Source of the DNA: the human T2T-CHM13v2.0 reference genome, Homo sapiens | Reading direction: 5' to 3' (one strand) | Assembly (NCBI RefSeq): GCF_009914755.1 | Contig: NC_060925.1 | Length of the DNA stretch: 64,000 nt | Part shown: positions 13,301-28,500 of the stretch, piece by piece | Numbering within the stretch: position 1 is the first letter of the stretch | Layout of the letters: each line of letters begins with the position of its first letter | Program-made: the position numbers and the translations under genes | Notes under the pieces: model-generated | The model's database searches: none | Told to the model about the DNA's origin: nothing | The model's input: only the letters and a program-made list of their open reading frames with translations

Positions 13301-14678
13301 ATGGAATGGAATGGAATTATCGAATGCAATCGAATAGAATCATCGAATGGACTCGAATGGAATCATCGAATGGAATGGAATGGAACAGTCAATGAACTCG
13401 AATGGAATCATCATTGAATGGAATCGAATGGAATCATCGAGTGGAATCGAATGGAATTATGATCAAATGGAATCGAATGTAATCATCATCAAATGGAATC
13501 AAAAATAACCATCATCAATTGGTATTGAATGGAATTGTCATCAAATGGAATTCAAAGGAATCATCATCAAATGGAACAGAATGGAATCCTCATTGAATGG
13601 AAATGAAAGGGGTCATCATCTAATGGAATCGCATGGAATCATCATCAAATGGAATCGAATGGAATCATCATCAAATGGAATCTGATGGAATCATTGACCA
13701 GAATTGAATGGAATCGTCATCGAATGAATTGAATGCAATCATCGAATGGTCTCGAATGGAATCATCTTCTAATGGAAAGGAATGGAATCATCGCATAGAA
13801 TCGAGTGGAATTAACATTGAATGGACTCGAATGGAATCAACATCAAACGGAATCAAGCGGAATTATCGAATGGAATCGAAGAGAATCATCTAATGGACTC
13901 GAATGGGATAATCTAATGGAATTGAATGGAATAATCCACGGACTCGAATGCAATCATCATCGTATAGAATCGAATGGAATCATCAAATGGACTCGAATGG
14001 AATAATCATTGAACGGAATCGAATGGAATCATCATCGGATGGAAACGAATGGAATCATCATCGAATGGAAATGAAAGGAGTCATCATCTAATGGAATTTC
14101 ATGGAATCATCATAAAATGGAATCGAATGGAATCAACATCAAATGGAATCAAATGGAATCATTGAACGGAATTGAATGGAATCGTCATCGAATGAATGAA
14201 TGCAATCATCGAATGGTCTCGAATGGAATCATCTTCAAATGGAATGGAATGGAATCATCGCATAGAATCGAATGGAATTATCATCGAATGGAATCGAATG
14301 GTATCAACATCAAACGGAAAATAACGGAATTATCGAATGGAATCGAAGAGAATCATCGAACGGACCCGAATGGAATCATCTAATGGAATAGAATGGAATA
14401 ATCCACGGACTCGAATGCAATCATCGTCGAATGGAATCGAATAGAATCATCGAATGGACTCGAATGGAATAAACATTGAACAGAATAGAATGGAATCATC
14501 ATCGGATGGAAACGAATGGAATCATCATCGAATGGAATCGAATAGAATTATGGAATGAAATCCAGTGTGATCATCATCGAATGGACCCGAATGGAATCAT
14601 CATCCAACGGAAGCTAATGGAATCAACATCGAATGAATCAAATGGAAACACCATCGAATTGAAACGAATGGAATTACC
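10400..14678 (+). repeat. Diverged HSat2 units with many private substitutions and deletions (unit lengths 1701 and 1729)
   Basis: There is a 75-bp deletion at ~12865 that removes the CCAGTGTG landmark, 23-bp deletions at ~13025 and ~13320, and a 1-bp deletion at ~14197. Many SNPs here were not noticed in the core units. Confidence 0.85.
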
Positions 14679-15457
14679 ATGAAATTGAAATGGATGGACT
14701 CATCATCCAATGGATTCGAATGGAATCATCGAATAAAATTGATTGAAATCATCATCGAATGGAATCGAATGGTATCATTGAATGGAATCGAATGGAATCA
14801 TCATCAGATGGAAATGAATGGAATCGTCATAGAATGGAATCGAATGGATTCATTGAATGGAATCAGATGGAATCATCGAATGGACTGGAATGGAATCATT
14901 GAATGGACTCGAAAGGGATCATGATTGAATGGAATTGAATGGAATCATCGAATGGTCTCGATTGGAATCATTATCAAATGGAATCGAATGGAATCAACGA
15001 ATAGAATCGAATGGAACAATCATCGAATGGACTCAAATGGAATTATCCTCAAATGGAATCGAATGGAATTATCGAATGCAATCGAATGGAATTATCGAAT
15101 GCAATCGAATAGAATCATCGAATGGACTCGAATGGAATCATCGAATGGAATGGAATGGAACAGTCAATGAACACGAATGGAATCATCATTGAATGGAATC
15201 GAATGGAATCATCGAGTGGAATCGAATGGAATTATGATCAAATGGAATCGAATGTAATCATCATCAAATGGAATCAAAAATAACCATCATCAATTGGTAT
15301 TGAATGGAATTGTCATCAAATGGCATTCAAAGGAATCATCATCAAATGGAACCGAATGGAATCCTCATTGAATGGAAATGAAAGGGGTCATCATCTAATG
15401 GAATCGCATGGAATCATCACCAAATGGAATCGAATGGAATCATCATCAAATGGAATC

Positions 15458-15468
15458 TAATGGAATCA
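15458..15468 (+). promoter_or_regulatory. TAATGGAATCA, a match to the DUX4 consensus TAAYBBAATCA (example; 2-3 per core unit, e.g. 1124, 15458, 15926, 16387)
   Basis: The motif is seen directly. It is established that DUX4 binds HSATII and induces its transcription. Occupancy of these particular copies is unknown. Confidence 0.45.
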
Positions 15469-15482
15469 TTGAACAGAATTGA

Positions 15483-16300
15483 ATGGAATCGTCATCAAAT
15501 GAATTGAATGCAATCATCGAATGGTCTCGAATGGAATCATCTTCTAATGGAAAGGAATGGAATCATCGCATAGAATCGAATGGAATTATCATCGAATGGA
15601 ATCGAATGGTATCAACACCAAACGGAAAAAAACGGAATTATCGAATGGAATCGAAGAGAATCTTCGAACGGACCCGAATGGAATCATCTAATGGAATGGA
15701 ATGGAATAATCCATGGACTCGAATGCAATCATCATCGAATGGAATCGAATGGAATCATCGAATGGACTCGAATGGAATAATCATTGAACGGAATCGAATG
15801 GAATCATCATCGGATGGAAACGAATGGAATCATCATCGAATGGAAATGAAAGGAGTCATCATCTAATGCAATTGCATGGAATCATCATCAAATGGAATCG
15901 AATGGAATCAACATCAAATGGAATCTAATGGAATCATTGAACAGAATTGAATGGAATCGTCATCGAATGAATTGACTGCAATCATCGAATGGTCTCGGAA
16001 TCATCTTCAAATGGAATGGAATGGAATCATCGCATAGAATCGAATGGAATTATCATCGAATGGAATCGAATGGAATCAACATCAAACGGAAAAAAACGGA
16101 ATTATCGAATGGAATCGAAGAGAATCATCGAATGGACCCGAATGGAATCATCTAATGGAGTGGAATGGAATAATCCATGGACTCGAATGCAATCATCATC
16201 GAATGGAATCGAATGGAATCATCGAATGGACTCGAATGGAATAATCATTGAACGGAATCGAATGGAATCATCATCGGATGGAAATGAATGGAATCATCAT
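15483..16300 (+). repeat. Internal direct repeat in each 1776-bp unit: two related subunits (A and B) offset by 468 bp (example shown)
   Basis: Paired starts at 17255/17723, 20803/21271, 22579/23047 etc. are all 468 apart. A carries TTCTAATGGAAAGG, GGTATCAACACC and ATCTTCGAACGG; B carries TTCAAATGGAATGG, GGAATCAACATC and ATCATCGAATGG. Confidence 0.93.
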
Positions 16301-19300
16301 CGAATGGAATCGAATAGAATTATGGAATGAAATCCAGTGTGATCATCATCGAATGGACCCGAATGGAATCATCATCCAACGGAAGCTAATGGAATCAACA
16401 TCGAATGAATCGAATGGAAACACCATCGAATTGAAACGAATGGAATTATCATGAAATTGAAATGGATGGACTCATCATCGAATGGATTCGAATGGAATCA
16501 TCGAATAAAATTGATTGAAATCATCATCGAATGGAATCGAATGGTATCATTGAATGGAATCGAATGGAATCATCATCAGATGGAAATGAATGGAATCGTC
16601 ATAGAATGGAATCGAATGGATTCATTGAATGGAATCAGATGGAATCATCGAATGGACTGGAATGGAATCATTGAATGGACTCGAAAGGGATCATGATTGA
16701 ATGGAATTGAATGGAATCATCGAATGGTCTCGATTGGAATCATTATCAAATGGAATCGAATGGAATCACCGAATAGAATCGAATGGAACAATCATCGAAT
16801 GGACTCAAATGGAATTATCCTCAAATGGAATCGAATGGAATTATCGAATGCAATCGAATGGAATTATCGAATGCAATCGAATAGAATCATCGAATGGACT
16901 CGAATGGAATCATCGAATGGAATGGAATGGAACAGTCAATGAACACGAATGGAATCATCATTGAATGGAATCGAATGGAATCATCGAGTGGAATCGAATG
17001 GAATTATGATCAAATGGAATCGAATGTAATCATCATCAAATGGAATCAAAAATAACCATCATCAATTGGTATTGAATGGAATTGTCATCAAATGGAATTC
17101 AAAGGAATCATCATCAAATGGAACCGAATGGAATCCTCATTGAATGGAAATGAAAGGGGTCATCATCTAATGGAATCGCATGGAATCATCACCAAATGGA
17201 TTCGAATGGAATCATCATCAAATGGAATCTAATGGAATCATTGAACAGAATTGAATGGAATCGTCATCAAATGAATTGAATGCAATCATCGAATGGTCTC
17301 GAATGGAATCATCTTCTAATGGAAAGGAATGGAATCATCGCATAGAATCGAATGGAATTATCATCGAATGGAATCGAATGGTATCAACACCAAACGGAAA
17401 AAAACGGAATTATCGAATGGAATCGAAGAGAATCTTCGAACGGACCCGAATGGAATCATCTAATGGAATGGAATGGAATAATCCATGGACTCGAATGCAA
17501 TCATCATCGAATGGAATCGAATGGAATCATCGAATGGACTCGAATGGAATAATCATTGAACGGAATCGAATGGAATCATCATCGGATGGAAACGAATGGA
17601 ATCATCATCGAATGGAAATGAAAGGAGTCATCATCTAATGCAATTGCATGGAATCATCATCAAATGGAATCGAATGGAATCAACATCAAATGGAATCTAA
17701 TGGAATCATTGAACAGAATTGAATGGAATCGTCATCGAATGAATTGACTGCAATCATCGAATGGTCTCGAATGGAATCATCTTCAAATGGAATGGAATGG
17801 AATCATCGCATAGAATCGAATGGAATTATCATCGAATGGAATCGAATGGAATCAACATCAAACGGAAAAAAACGGAATTATCGAATGGAATCGAAGAGAA
17901 TCATCGAATGGACCCGAATGGAATCATCTAATGGAATGGAATGGAATAATCCATGGACTCGAATGCAATCATCATCGAATGGAATCGAATGGAATCATCG
18001 AATGGACTCGAATGGAATAATCATTGAACGGAATCGAATGGAATCATCATCAGATGGAAATGAATGGAATCATCATCGAATGGAATCGAATAGAATTATG
18101 GAATGAAATCCAGTGTGATCATCATCGAATGGACCCGAATGGAATCATCATCCAACGGAAGCTAATGGAATCAACATCGAATGAATCAAATGGAAACACC
18201 ATCGAATTGAAACGAATGGAATTATCATGAAATTGAAATGGATGGACTCATCATCGAATGGATTCGAATGGAATCATCGAATAAAATTGATTGAAATCAT
18301 CATCGAATGGAATCGAATGGTATCATTGAATGGAATCGAATGGAATCATCATCAGATGGAAATGAATGGAATCGTCATAGAATGGAATCGAATGGATTCA
18401 TTGAATGGAATCAGATGGAATCATCGAATGGACTGGAATGGAATCATTGAATGGACTCGAAAGGGATCATGATTGAATGGAATTGAATGGAATCATCGAA
18501 TGGTCTCGATTGGAATCATTATCAAATGGAATCGAATGGAATCACCGAATAGAATCGAATGGAACAATCATCGAATGGACTCAAATGGAATTATCCTCAA
18601 ATGGAATGGAATGGAATTATCGAATGCAATCGAATGGAATTATCGAATGCAATCGAATAGAATCATCGAATGGACTCGAATGGAATCATCGAATGGAATG
18701 GAATGGAACAGTCAATGAACTCGAATGGAATCATCATTGAATGGAATCGAATGGAATCATCGAGTGGAATCGAATGGAATTATGATCAAATGGAATCGAA
18801 TGTAATCATCATCAAATGGAATCAAAAATAACCATCATCAATTGGTATTGAATGGAATTGTCATCAAATGGAATTCAAAGGAATCATCATCAAATGGAAC
18901 CGAATGGAATCCTCATTGAATGGAAATGAAAGGGGTCATCATCTAATGGAATCGCATGGAATCATCATCAAATGGAATCGAATGGAATCATCATCAAATG
19001 GAATCTAATGGAATCATTGAACAGAATTGAATGGAATGGTCATCGAATGAATTGAATGCAATCATCGAATGGTCTCGAATGGAATCATCTTCTAATGGAA
19101 AGGAATGGAATCATCGCATAGAATCGATTGGAATTATCATCGAATGGAATCGAATGGTATCAACACCAAACGGAAAAAAACGGAATTATCGAATGGAATC
19201 GAAGAGAATCTTCGAACGGACCCGAATGGAATCATCTAATGGAATGGAATGGAATAATCCATGGACTCGAATGCAATCATCATCGAATGGAATCGAATGG

Positions 19301-19539
19301 AATCATCGAATGGACTCGAATGGAATAATCATTGAACGGAATCGAATGGAATCATCATCGGATGGAAACGAATGGAATCATCATCGAATGGAAATGAAAG
19401 GAGTCATCATCTAATGGAATTGCATGGAATCATCATAAAATGGAATCGAATGGAATCAACATCAAATGGAATCAAATGGAATCATTGAACGGAATTGAAT
19501 GGAATCGTCATCGAATGAATTGACTGCAATCATCGAATG

Positions 19540-22500
19540 GTCTCGGAATCATCTTCAAATGGAATGGAATGGAATCATCGCATAGAATCGAATGGAATTA
19601 TCATCGAATGGAATCGAATGGAATCAACATCAAACGGAAAAAAACGGAATTATCGAATGGAATCGAAGAGAATCATCGAATGGACCCGAATGGAATCATC
19701 TAATGGAATGGAATGGAATAATCCATGGACTCGAATGCAATCATCATCGAATGGAATCGAATGGAATCATCGAATGGACTCGAATGGAATAATCATTGAA
19801 CGGAATCGAATAGAATCATCATCGGATGGAAATGAATGGAATCATCATCGAATGGAATCGAATAGAATTATGGAATGAAATCCAGTGTGATCATCATCGA
19901 ATGGACCCGAATGGAATCATCATCCAACGGAAGCTAATGGAATCAACATCGAATGAATCGAATGGAAACACCATCGAATTGAAACGAATGGAATTATCAT
20001 GAAATTGAAATGGATGGACTCATCATCGAATGGATTCGAATGGAATCATCGAATAAAATTGATTGAAATCATCATCGAATGGAATCGAATGGTATCATTG
20101 AATGGAATCGAATGGAATCATCATCAGATGGAAATGAATGGAATCGTCATAGAATGGAATCGAATGGATTCATTGAATGGAATCAGATGGAATCATCGAA
20201 TGGACTGGAATGGAATCATTGAATGGACTCGAAAGGGATCATGATTGAATGGAATTGAATGGAATCATCGAATGGTCTCGATTGGAATCATTATCAAATG
20301 GAATCGAATGGAATCACCGAATAGAATCGAATGGAACAATCATCGAATGGACTCAAATGGAATTATCCTCAAATGGAATCGAATGGAATTATCGAATGCA
20401 ATCGAATGGAATTATCGAATGCAATCGAATAGAATCATCGAATGGACTCGAATGGAATCATCGAATGGAATGGAATGGAACAGTCAATGAACACGAATGG
20501 AATCATCATTGAATGGAATCGAATGGAATCATCGAGTGGAATCGAATGGAATTATGATCAAATGGAATCGAATGTAATCATCATCAAATGGAATCAAAAA
20601 TAACCATCATCAATTGGTATTGAATGGAATTGTCATCAAATGGAATTCAAAGGAATCATCATCAAATGGAACCGAATGGAATCCTCATTGAATGGAAATG
20701 AAAGGGGTCATCATCTAATGGAATCGCATGGAATCATCACCAAATGGATTCGAATGGAATCATCATCAAATGGAATCTAATGGAATCATTGAACAGAATT
20801 GAATGGAATCGTCATCAAATGAATTGAATGCAATCATCGAATGGTCTCGAATGGAATCATCTTCTAATGGAAAGGAATGGAATCATCGCATAGAATCGAA
20901 TGGAATTATCATCGAATGGAATCGAATGGTATCAACACCAAACGGAAAAAAACGGAATTATCGAATGGAATCGAAGAGAATCTTCGAACGGACCCGAATG
21001 GAATCATCTAATGGAATGGAATGGAATAATCCATGGACTCGAATGCAATCATCATCGAATGGAATCGAATGGAATCATCGAATGGACTCGAATGGAATAA
21101 TCATTGAACGGAATCGAATGGAATCATCATCGGATGGAAACGAATGGAATCATCATCGAATGGAAATGAAAGGAGTCATCATCTAATGCAATTGCATGGA
21201 ATCATCATCAAATGGAATCGAATGGAATCAACATCAAATGGAATCTAATGGAATCATTGAACAGAATTGAATGGAATCGTCATCGAATGAATTGACTGCA
21301 ATCATCGAATGGTCTCGAATGGAATCATCTTCAAATGGAATGGAATGGAATCATCGCATAGAATCGAATGGAATTATCATCGAATGGAATCGAATGGAAT
21401 CAACATCAAACGGAAAAAAACGGAATTATCGAATGGAATCGAAGAGAATCATCGAATGGACCCGAATGGAATCATCTAATGGAATGGAATGGAATAATCC
21501 ATAGACTCGAATGCAATCATCATCGAATGGAATCGAATGGAATCATCGAATGGACTCGAATGGAATAATCATTGAACGGAATCGAATGGAATCATCATCA
21601 GATGGAAATGAATGGAATCATCATCGAATGGAATCGAATAGAATTATGGAATGAAATCCAGTGTGATCATCATCGAATGGACCCGAATGGAATCATCATC
21701 CAACGGAAGCTAATGGAATCAACATCGAATGAATCAAATGGAAACACCATCGAATTGAAACGAATGGAATTATCATGAAATTGAAATGGATGGACTCATC
21801 ATCGAATGGATTCGAATGGAATCATCGAATAAAATTGATTGAAATCATCATCGAATGGAATCGAATGGTATCATTGAATGGAATCGAATGGAATCATCAT
21901 CAGATGGAAATGAATGGAATCGTCATAGAATGGAATCGAATGGATTCATTGAATGGAATCAGATGGAATCATCGAATGGACTGGAATGGAATCATTGAAT
22001 GGACTCAAAAGGGATCATGATTGAATGGAATTGAATGGAATCATCGAATGGTCTCGATTGGAATCATTATCAAATGGAATCGAATGGAATCACCGAATAG
22101 AATCGAATGGAACAATCATCGAATGGACTCAAATGGAATTATCCTCAAATGGAATCGAATGGAATTATCGAATGCAATCGAATGGAATTATCGAATGCAA
22201 TCGAATAGAATGATCGAATGGACTCGAATGGAATCATCGAATGGAATGCAATGGAACAGTCAATGAACTCGAATGGAATCATCATTGAATGGAATCGAAT
22301 GGAATCATCGATTGGAATCGAATGGAATTATGATCAAATGGAATCGAATGTAATCCTCATCAAATGGAATCAAAAATAACCATCATCAATTGGTATTGAA
22401 TGGAATTGTCATCAAATGGAATTCAAAGGAATCATCATCAAATGGAACCGAATGGAATCCTCATTGAATGGAAATGAAAGGGGTCATCATCTAATGGAAT

Positions 22501-25500
22501 CGCATGGAATCATCATCAAATGGAATCGAATGGAATCATCATCAAATGGAATCTAATGGAATCATTGAACAGAATTGAATGGAATCGTCATCGAATGAAT
22601 TGAATGCAATCATCGAATGGTCTCGAATGGAATCATCTTCTAATGGAAAGGAATGGAATCATCGCATAGAATCGAATGGAATTATCATCGAATGGAATCG
22701 AATGGTATCAACACCAAACGGAAAAAAACGGAATTATCGAATGGAATCGAAGAGAATCTTCGAACGGACCCGAATGGAATCATCTAATGGAATGGAATGG
22801 AATAATCCATGGACTCGAATGCAATCATCATCGAATGGAATCGAATGGAATCATCGAATGGACTCGAATGGAATAATCATTGAACGGAATCGAATGGAAT
22901 CATCATCGGATGGAAACGAATGGAATCATCATCGAATGGAAATGAAAGGAGTCATCATCTAATGGAATTGCATGGAATCATCATAAAATGGAATCGAATG
23001 GAATCAACATCAAATGGAATCAAATGGAATCATTGAACGGAATTGAATGGAATCGTCATCGAATGAATTGACTGCAATCATCCAATGGTCTCGAATGGAA
23101 TCATCTTCAAATGGAATGGAATGGAATCATCGCATAGAATCGAATGGAATTATCATCGAATGGAATCGAATGGAATCAACATCAAACGGAAAAAAACGGA
23201 ATTATCGAATGGAATCGAAGAGAATCATCGAATGGACCCGAATGGGATCATCTAATGGAATGGAATGGAATAATCCATGGACTCGAATGCAATCATCATC
23301 GAATGGAATCGAATGGAATCATCGAATGGACTCGAATGGAATAATCATTGAACGGAATCGAATGGAATCATCATCGGATGGAAATGAATGGAATCATCAT
23401 CGAATGGAATCGAATAGAATTATGGAATGAAATCCAGTGTGATCATCATCGAATGGACCGGAATGGAATCATCATCCAACGGAAGCTAATGGAATCAACA
23501 TCGAATGAATCGAATGGAAACACCATCGAATTGAAACGAATGGAATTATCATGAAATTGAAATGGATGGACTCATCATCGAATGGATTCGAATGGAATCA
23601 TGGAATAAAATTGATGGAAATCATCATCCAATGGAATCGAATGGTATCATTGAATGGAATCGAATGGAATCATCATCAGATGGAAATGAATGGAATCGTC
23701 ATAGAATGGAATCGAATGGATTCATTGAATGGAATCAGATGGAATCATCGAATGGACTGGAATGGAATCATTGAATGGACTCGAAAGGGATCATGATTGA
23801 ATGGAATTGAATGGAATCATCGAATGGTCTCGATTGGAATCATTATCAAATGGAATCGAATGGAATCACCGAATAGAATCGAATGGAACAATCATCGAAT
23901 GGACTCAAATGGAATTATCCTCCAATGGAATGGAATGGAATTATCGAATGCAATCGAATGGAATTATCGAATGCAATCGAATAGAATCATCGAATGGACT
24001 CGAATGGAATCATCGAATGGAATGGAATGGAACAGTCAATGAACTCGAATGGAATCATCATTGAATGGAATCGAATGGAATCATCGAGTGGAATCGAATG
24101 GAATTATGATCAAATGGAATCGAATGTAATCATCATCAAATGGAATCAAAAATAACCATCATCAATTGGTATTGAATGGAATTGTCATCAAATGGAATTC
24201 AAAGGAATCATCATCAAATGGAACCGAATGGAATCCTCATTGAATGGAAATGAAAGGGGTCATCATCTAATGGAATCGCATGGAATCATCATCAAATGGA
24301 ATCGAATGGAATCATCATCAAATGGAATCTAATGGAATCATTGAACAGAATTGAATGGAATCGTCATCGAATGAATTGAATGCAATCATCGAATGGTCTC
24401 GAATGGAATCATCTTCTAATGGAAAGGAATGGAATCATCGCATAGAATCGAATGGAATTATCATCGAATGGAATCGAATGGTATCAACACCAAACGGAAA
24501 AAAACGGAATTATCGAATGGAATCGAAGAGAATCTTCGAACGGACCCGAATGGAATCATCTAATGGAATGGAATGGAATAATCCATGGACTCGAATGCAA
24601 TCATCATCGAATGGAATCGAATGGAATCATCGAATGGACTCGAATGGAATAATCATTGAACGGAATCGATTGGAATCATCATCGGATGGAAACGAATGGA
24701 ATCATCATCGAATGGAAATGAAAGGAGTCATCATCTAATGGAATTGCATGGAATCATCATAAAATGGAATCGAATGGAATCAACATCAAATGGAATCAAA
24801 TGGAATCATTGAACGGAATTGAATGGAATCGTCATCGAATGAATTGACTGCAATCATCCAATGGTCTCGAATGGAATCATCTTCAAATGGAATGGAATGG
24901 AATCATCGCATAGAATCGAATGGAATTATCATCGAATGGAATCGAATGGAATCAACATCCAACGGAAAAAAACGGAATTATCGAATGGAATCGAAGAGAA
25001 TCATCGAATGGACCCGAATGGAATCATCTAATGGAATGGAATGGAATAATCCATGGACTCGAATGCAATCATCATCGAATGGAATCGAATGGAATCATCG
25101 AATGGACTCGAATGGAATAATCATTGAACGGAATCGAATGGAATCATCATCGGATGGAAATGAATGGAATCATCATCGAATGGAATCGAATAGAATTATG
25201 GAATGAAATCCAGTGTGATCATCATCGAATGGACCCGAATGGAATCATCATCCAACGGAAGCTAATGGAATCAACATCGAATGAATCGAATGGAAACACC
25301 ATCGAATTGAAACGAATGGAATTATCATGAAATTGAAATGGATGGACTCATCATCGAATGGATTCGAATGGAATCATCGAATAAAATTGATTGAAATCAT
25401 CATCGAATGGAATCGAATGGTATCATTGAATGGAATCGAATGGAATCATCATCAGATGGAAATGAATGGAATCGTCATAGAATGGAATCGAATGGATTCA

Positions 25501-28500
25501 TTGAATGGAATCAGATGGAATCATCGAATGGACTGGAATGGAATCATTGAATGGACTCGAAAGGGATCATGATTGAATGGAATTGAATGGAATCATCGAA
25601 TGGTCTCGATTGGAATCATTATCAAATGGAATCGAATGGAATCACCGAATAGAATCGAATGGAACAATCATCGAATGGACTCAAATGGAATTATCCTCAA
25701 ATGGAATCGAATGGAATTATCGAATGCAATCGAATGGAATTATCGAATGCTATCGAATAGAATCATCGAATGGACTCGAATGGAATCATCGAATGGAATG
25801 GAATGGAACAGTCAATGAACACGAATGGAATCATCATTGAATGGAATCGAATGGAATCATCGAGTGGAATCGAATGGAATTATGATCAAATGGAATCGAA
25901 TGTAATCATCATCAAATGGAATCAAAAATAACCATCATCAATTGGTATTGAATGGAATTGTCATCAAATGGCATTCAAAGGAATCATCATCAAATGGAAC
26001 CGAATGGAATCCTCATTGAATGGAAATGAAAGGGGTCATCATCTAATGGAATCGCATGGAATCATCACCAAATGGAATCGAATGGAATCATCATCAAATG
26101 GAATCTAATGGAATCATTGAACAGAATTGAATGGAATCGTCATCAAATGAATTGAATGCAATCATCGAATGGTCTCGAATGGAATCATCTTCTAATGGAA
26201 AGGAATGGAATCATCGCATAGAATCGAATGGAATTATCATCGAATGGAATCGAATGGTATCAACACCAAACGGAAAAAAACGGAATTATCGAATGGAATC
26301 GAAGAGAATCTTCGAACGGACCCGAATGGAATCATCTAATGGAATGGAATGGAATAATCCATGGACTCGAATGCAATCATCATCGAATGGAATCGAATGG
26401 AATCATCGAATGGACTCGAATGGAATAATCATTGAACGGAATCGAATGGAATCATCATCGGATGGAAACGAATGGAATCATCATCGAATGGAAATGAAAG
26501 GAGTCATCATCTAATGCAATTGCATGGAATCATCATCAAATGGAATCGAATGGAATCAACATCAAATGGAATCTAATGGAATCATTGAACAGAATTGAAT
26601 GGAATCGTCATCGAATGAATTGACTGCAATCATCGAATGGTCTCGGAATCATCTTCAAATGGAATGGAATGGAATCATCGCATAGAATCGAATGGAATTA
26701 TCATCGAATGGAATCGAATGGAATCAACATCAAACGGAAAAAAACGGAATTATCGAATGGAATCGAAGAGAATCATCGAATGGACCCGAATGGAATCATC
26801 TAATGGAATGGAATGGAATAATCCATGGACTCGAATGCAATCATCATCGAATGGAATCGAATGGAATCATCGAATGGACTCGAATGGAATAATCATTGAA
26901 CGGAATCGAATGGAATCATCATCGGATGGAAATGAATGGAATCATCATCGAATGGAATCGAATAGAATTATGGAATGAAATCCAGTGTGATCATCATCGA
27001 ATGGACCCGAATGGAATCATCATCCAACGGAAGCTAATGGAATCAACATCGAATGAATCGAATGGAAACACCATCGAATTGAAACGAATGGAATTATCAT
27101 GAAATTGAAATGGATGGACTCATCATCGAATGGATTCGAATGGAATCATCGAATAAAATTGATTGAAATCATCATCGAATGGAATCGAATGGTATCATTG
27201 AATGGAATCGAATGGAATCATCATCAGATGGAAATGAATGGAATCGTCATAGAATGGAATCGAATGGATTCATTGAATGGAATCAGATGGAATCATCGAA
27301 TGGACTGGAATGGAATCATTGAATGGACTCGAAAGGGATCATGATTGAATGGAATTGAATGGAATCATCGAATGGTCTCGATTGGAATAATTATCAAATG
27401 GAATCGAATGGAATCACCGAATAGAATCGAATGGAACAATCATCGAATGGACTCAAATGGAATTATCCTCAAATGGAATCGAATGGAATTATCGAATGCA
27501 ATCGAATGGAATTATCGAATGCAATCGAATAGAATCATCGAATGGACTCGAATGGAATCATCGAATGGAATGGAATGGAACAGTCAATGAACACGAATGG
27601 AATCATCATTGAATGGAATCGAATGGAATCATCGAGTGGAATCGAATGGAATTATGATCAAATGGAATCGAATGTAATCATCATCAAATGGAATCAAAAA
27701 TAACCATCATCAATTGGTATTGAATGGAATTGTCATCAAATGGAATTCAAAGGAATCATCATCAAATGGAACCGAATGGAATCCTCATTGAATGGAAATG
27801 AAAGGGGTCATCATCTAATGGAATCGCATGGAATCATCACCAAATGGATTCGAATGGAATCATCATCAAATGGAATCTAATGGAATCATTGAACAGAATT
27901 GAATGGAATCGTCATCAAATGAATTGAATGCAATCATCGAATGGTCTCGAATGGAATCATCTTCTAATGGAAAGGAATGGAATCATCGCATAGAATCGAA
28001 TGGAATTATCATCGAATGGAATCGAATGGTATCAACACCAAACGGAAAAAAACGGAATTATCGAATGGAATCGAAGAGAATCTTCGAACGGACCCGAATG
28101 GAATCATCTAATGGAATGGAATGGAATAATCCATGGACTCGAATGCAATCATCATCGAATGGAATCGAATGGAATCATCGAATGGACTCGAATGGAATAA
28201 TCATTGAACGGAATCGAATGGAATCATCATCGGATGGAAACGAATGGAATCATCATCGAATGGAAATGAAAGGAGTCATCATCTAATGCAATTGCATGGA
28301 ATCATCATCAAATGGAATCGAATGGAATCAACATCAAATGGAATCTAATGGAATCATTGAACAGAATTGAATGGAATCGTCATCGAATGAATTGACTGCA
28401 ATCATCGAATGGTCTCGAATGGAATCATCTTCAAATGGAATGGAATGGAATCATCGCATAGAATCGAATGGAATTATCATCGAATGGAATCGAATGGAAT

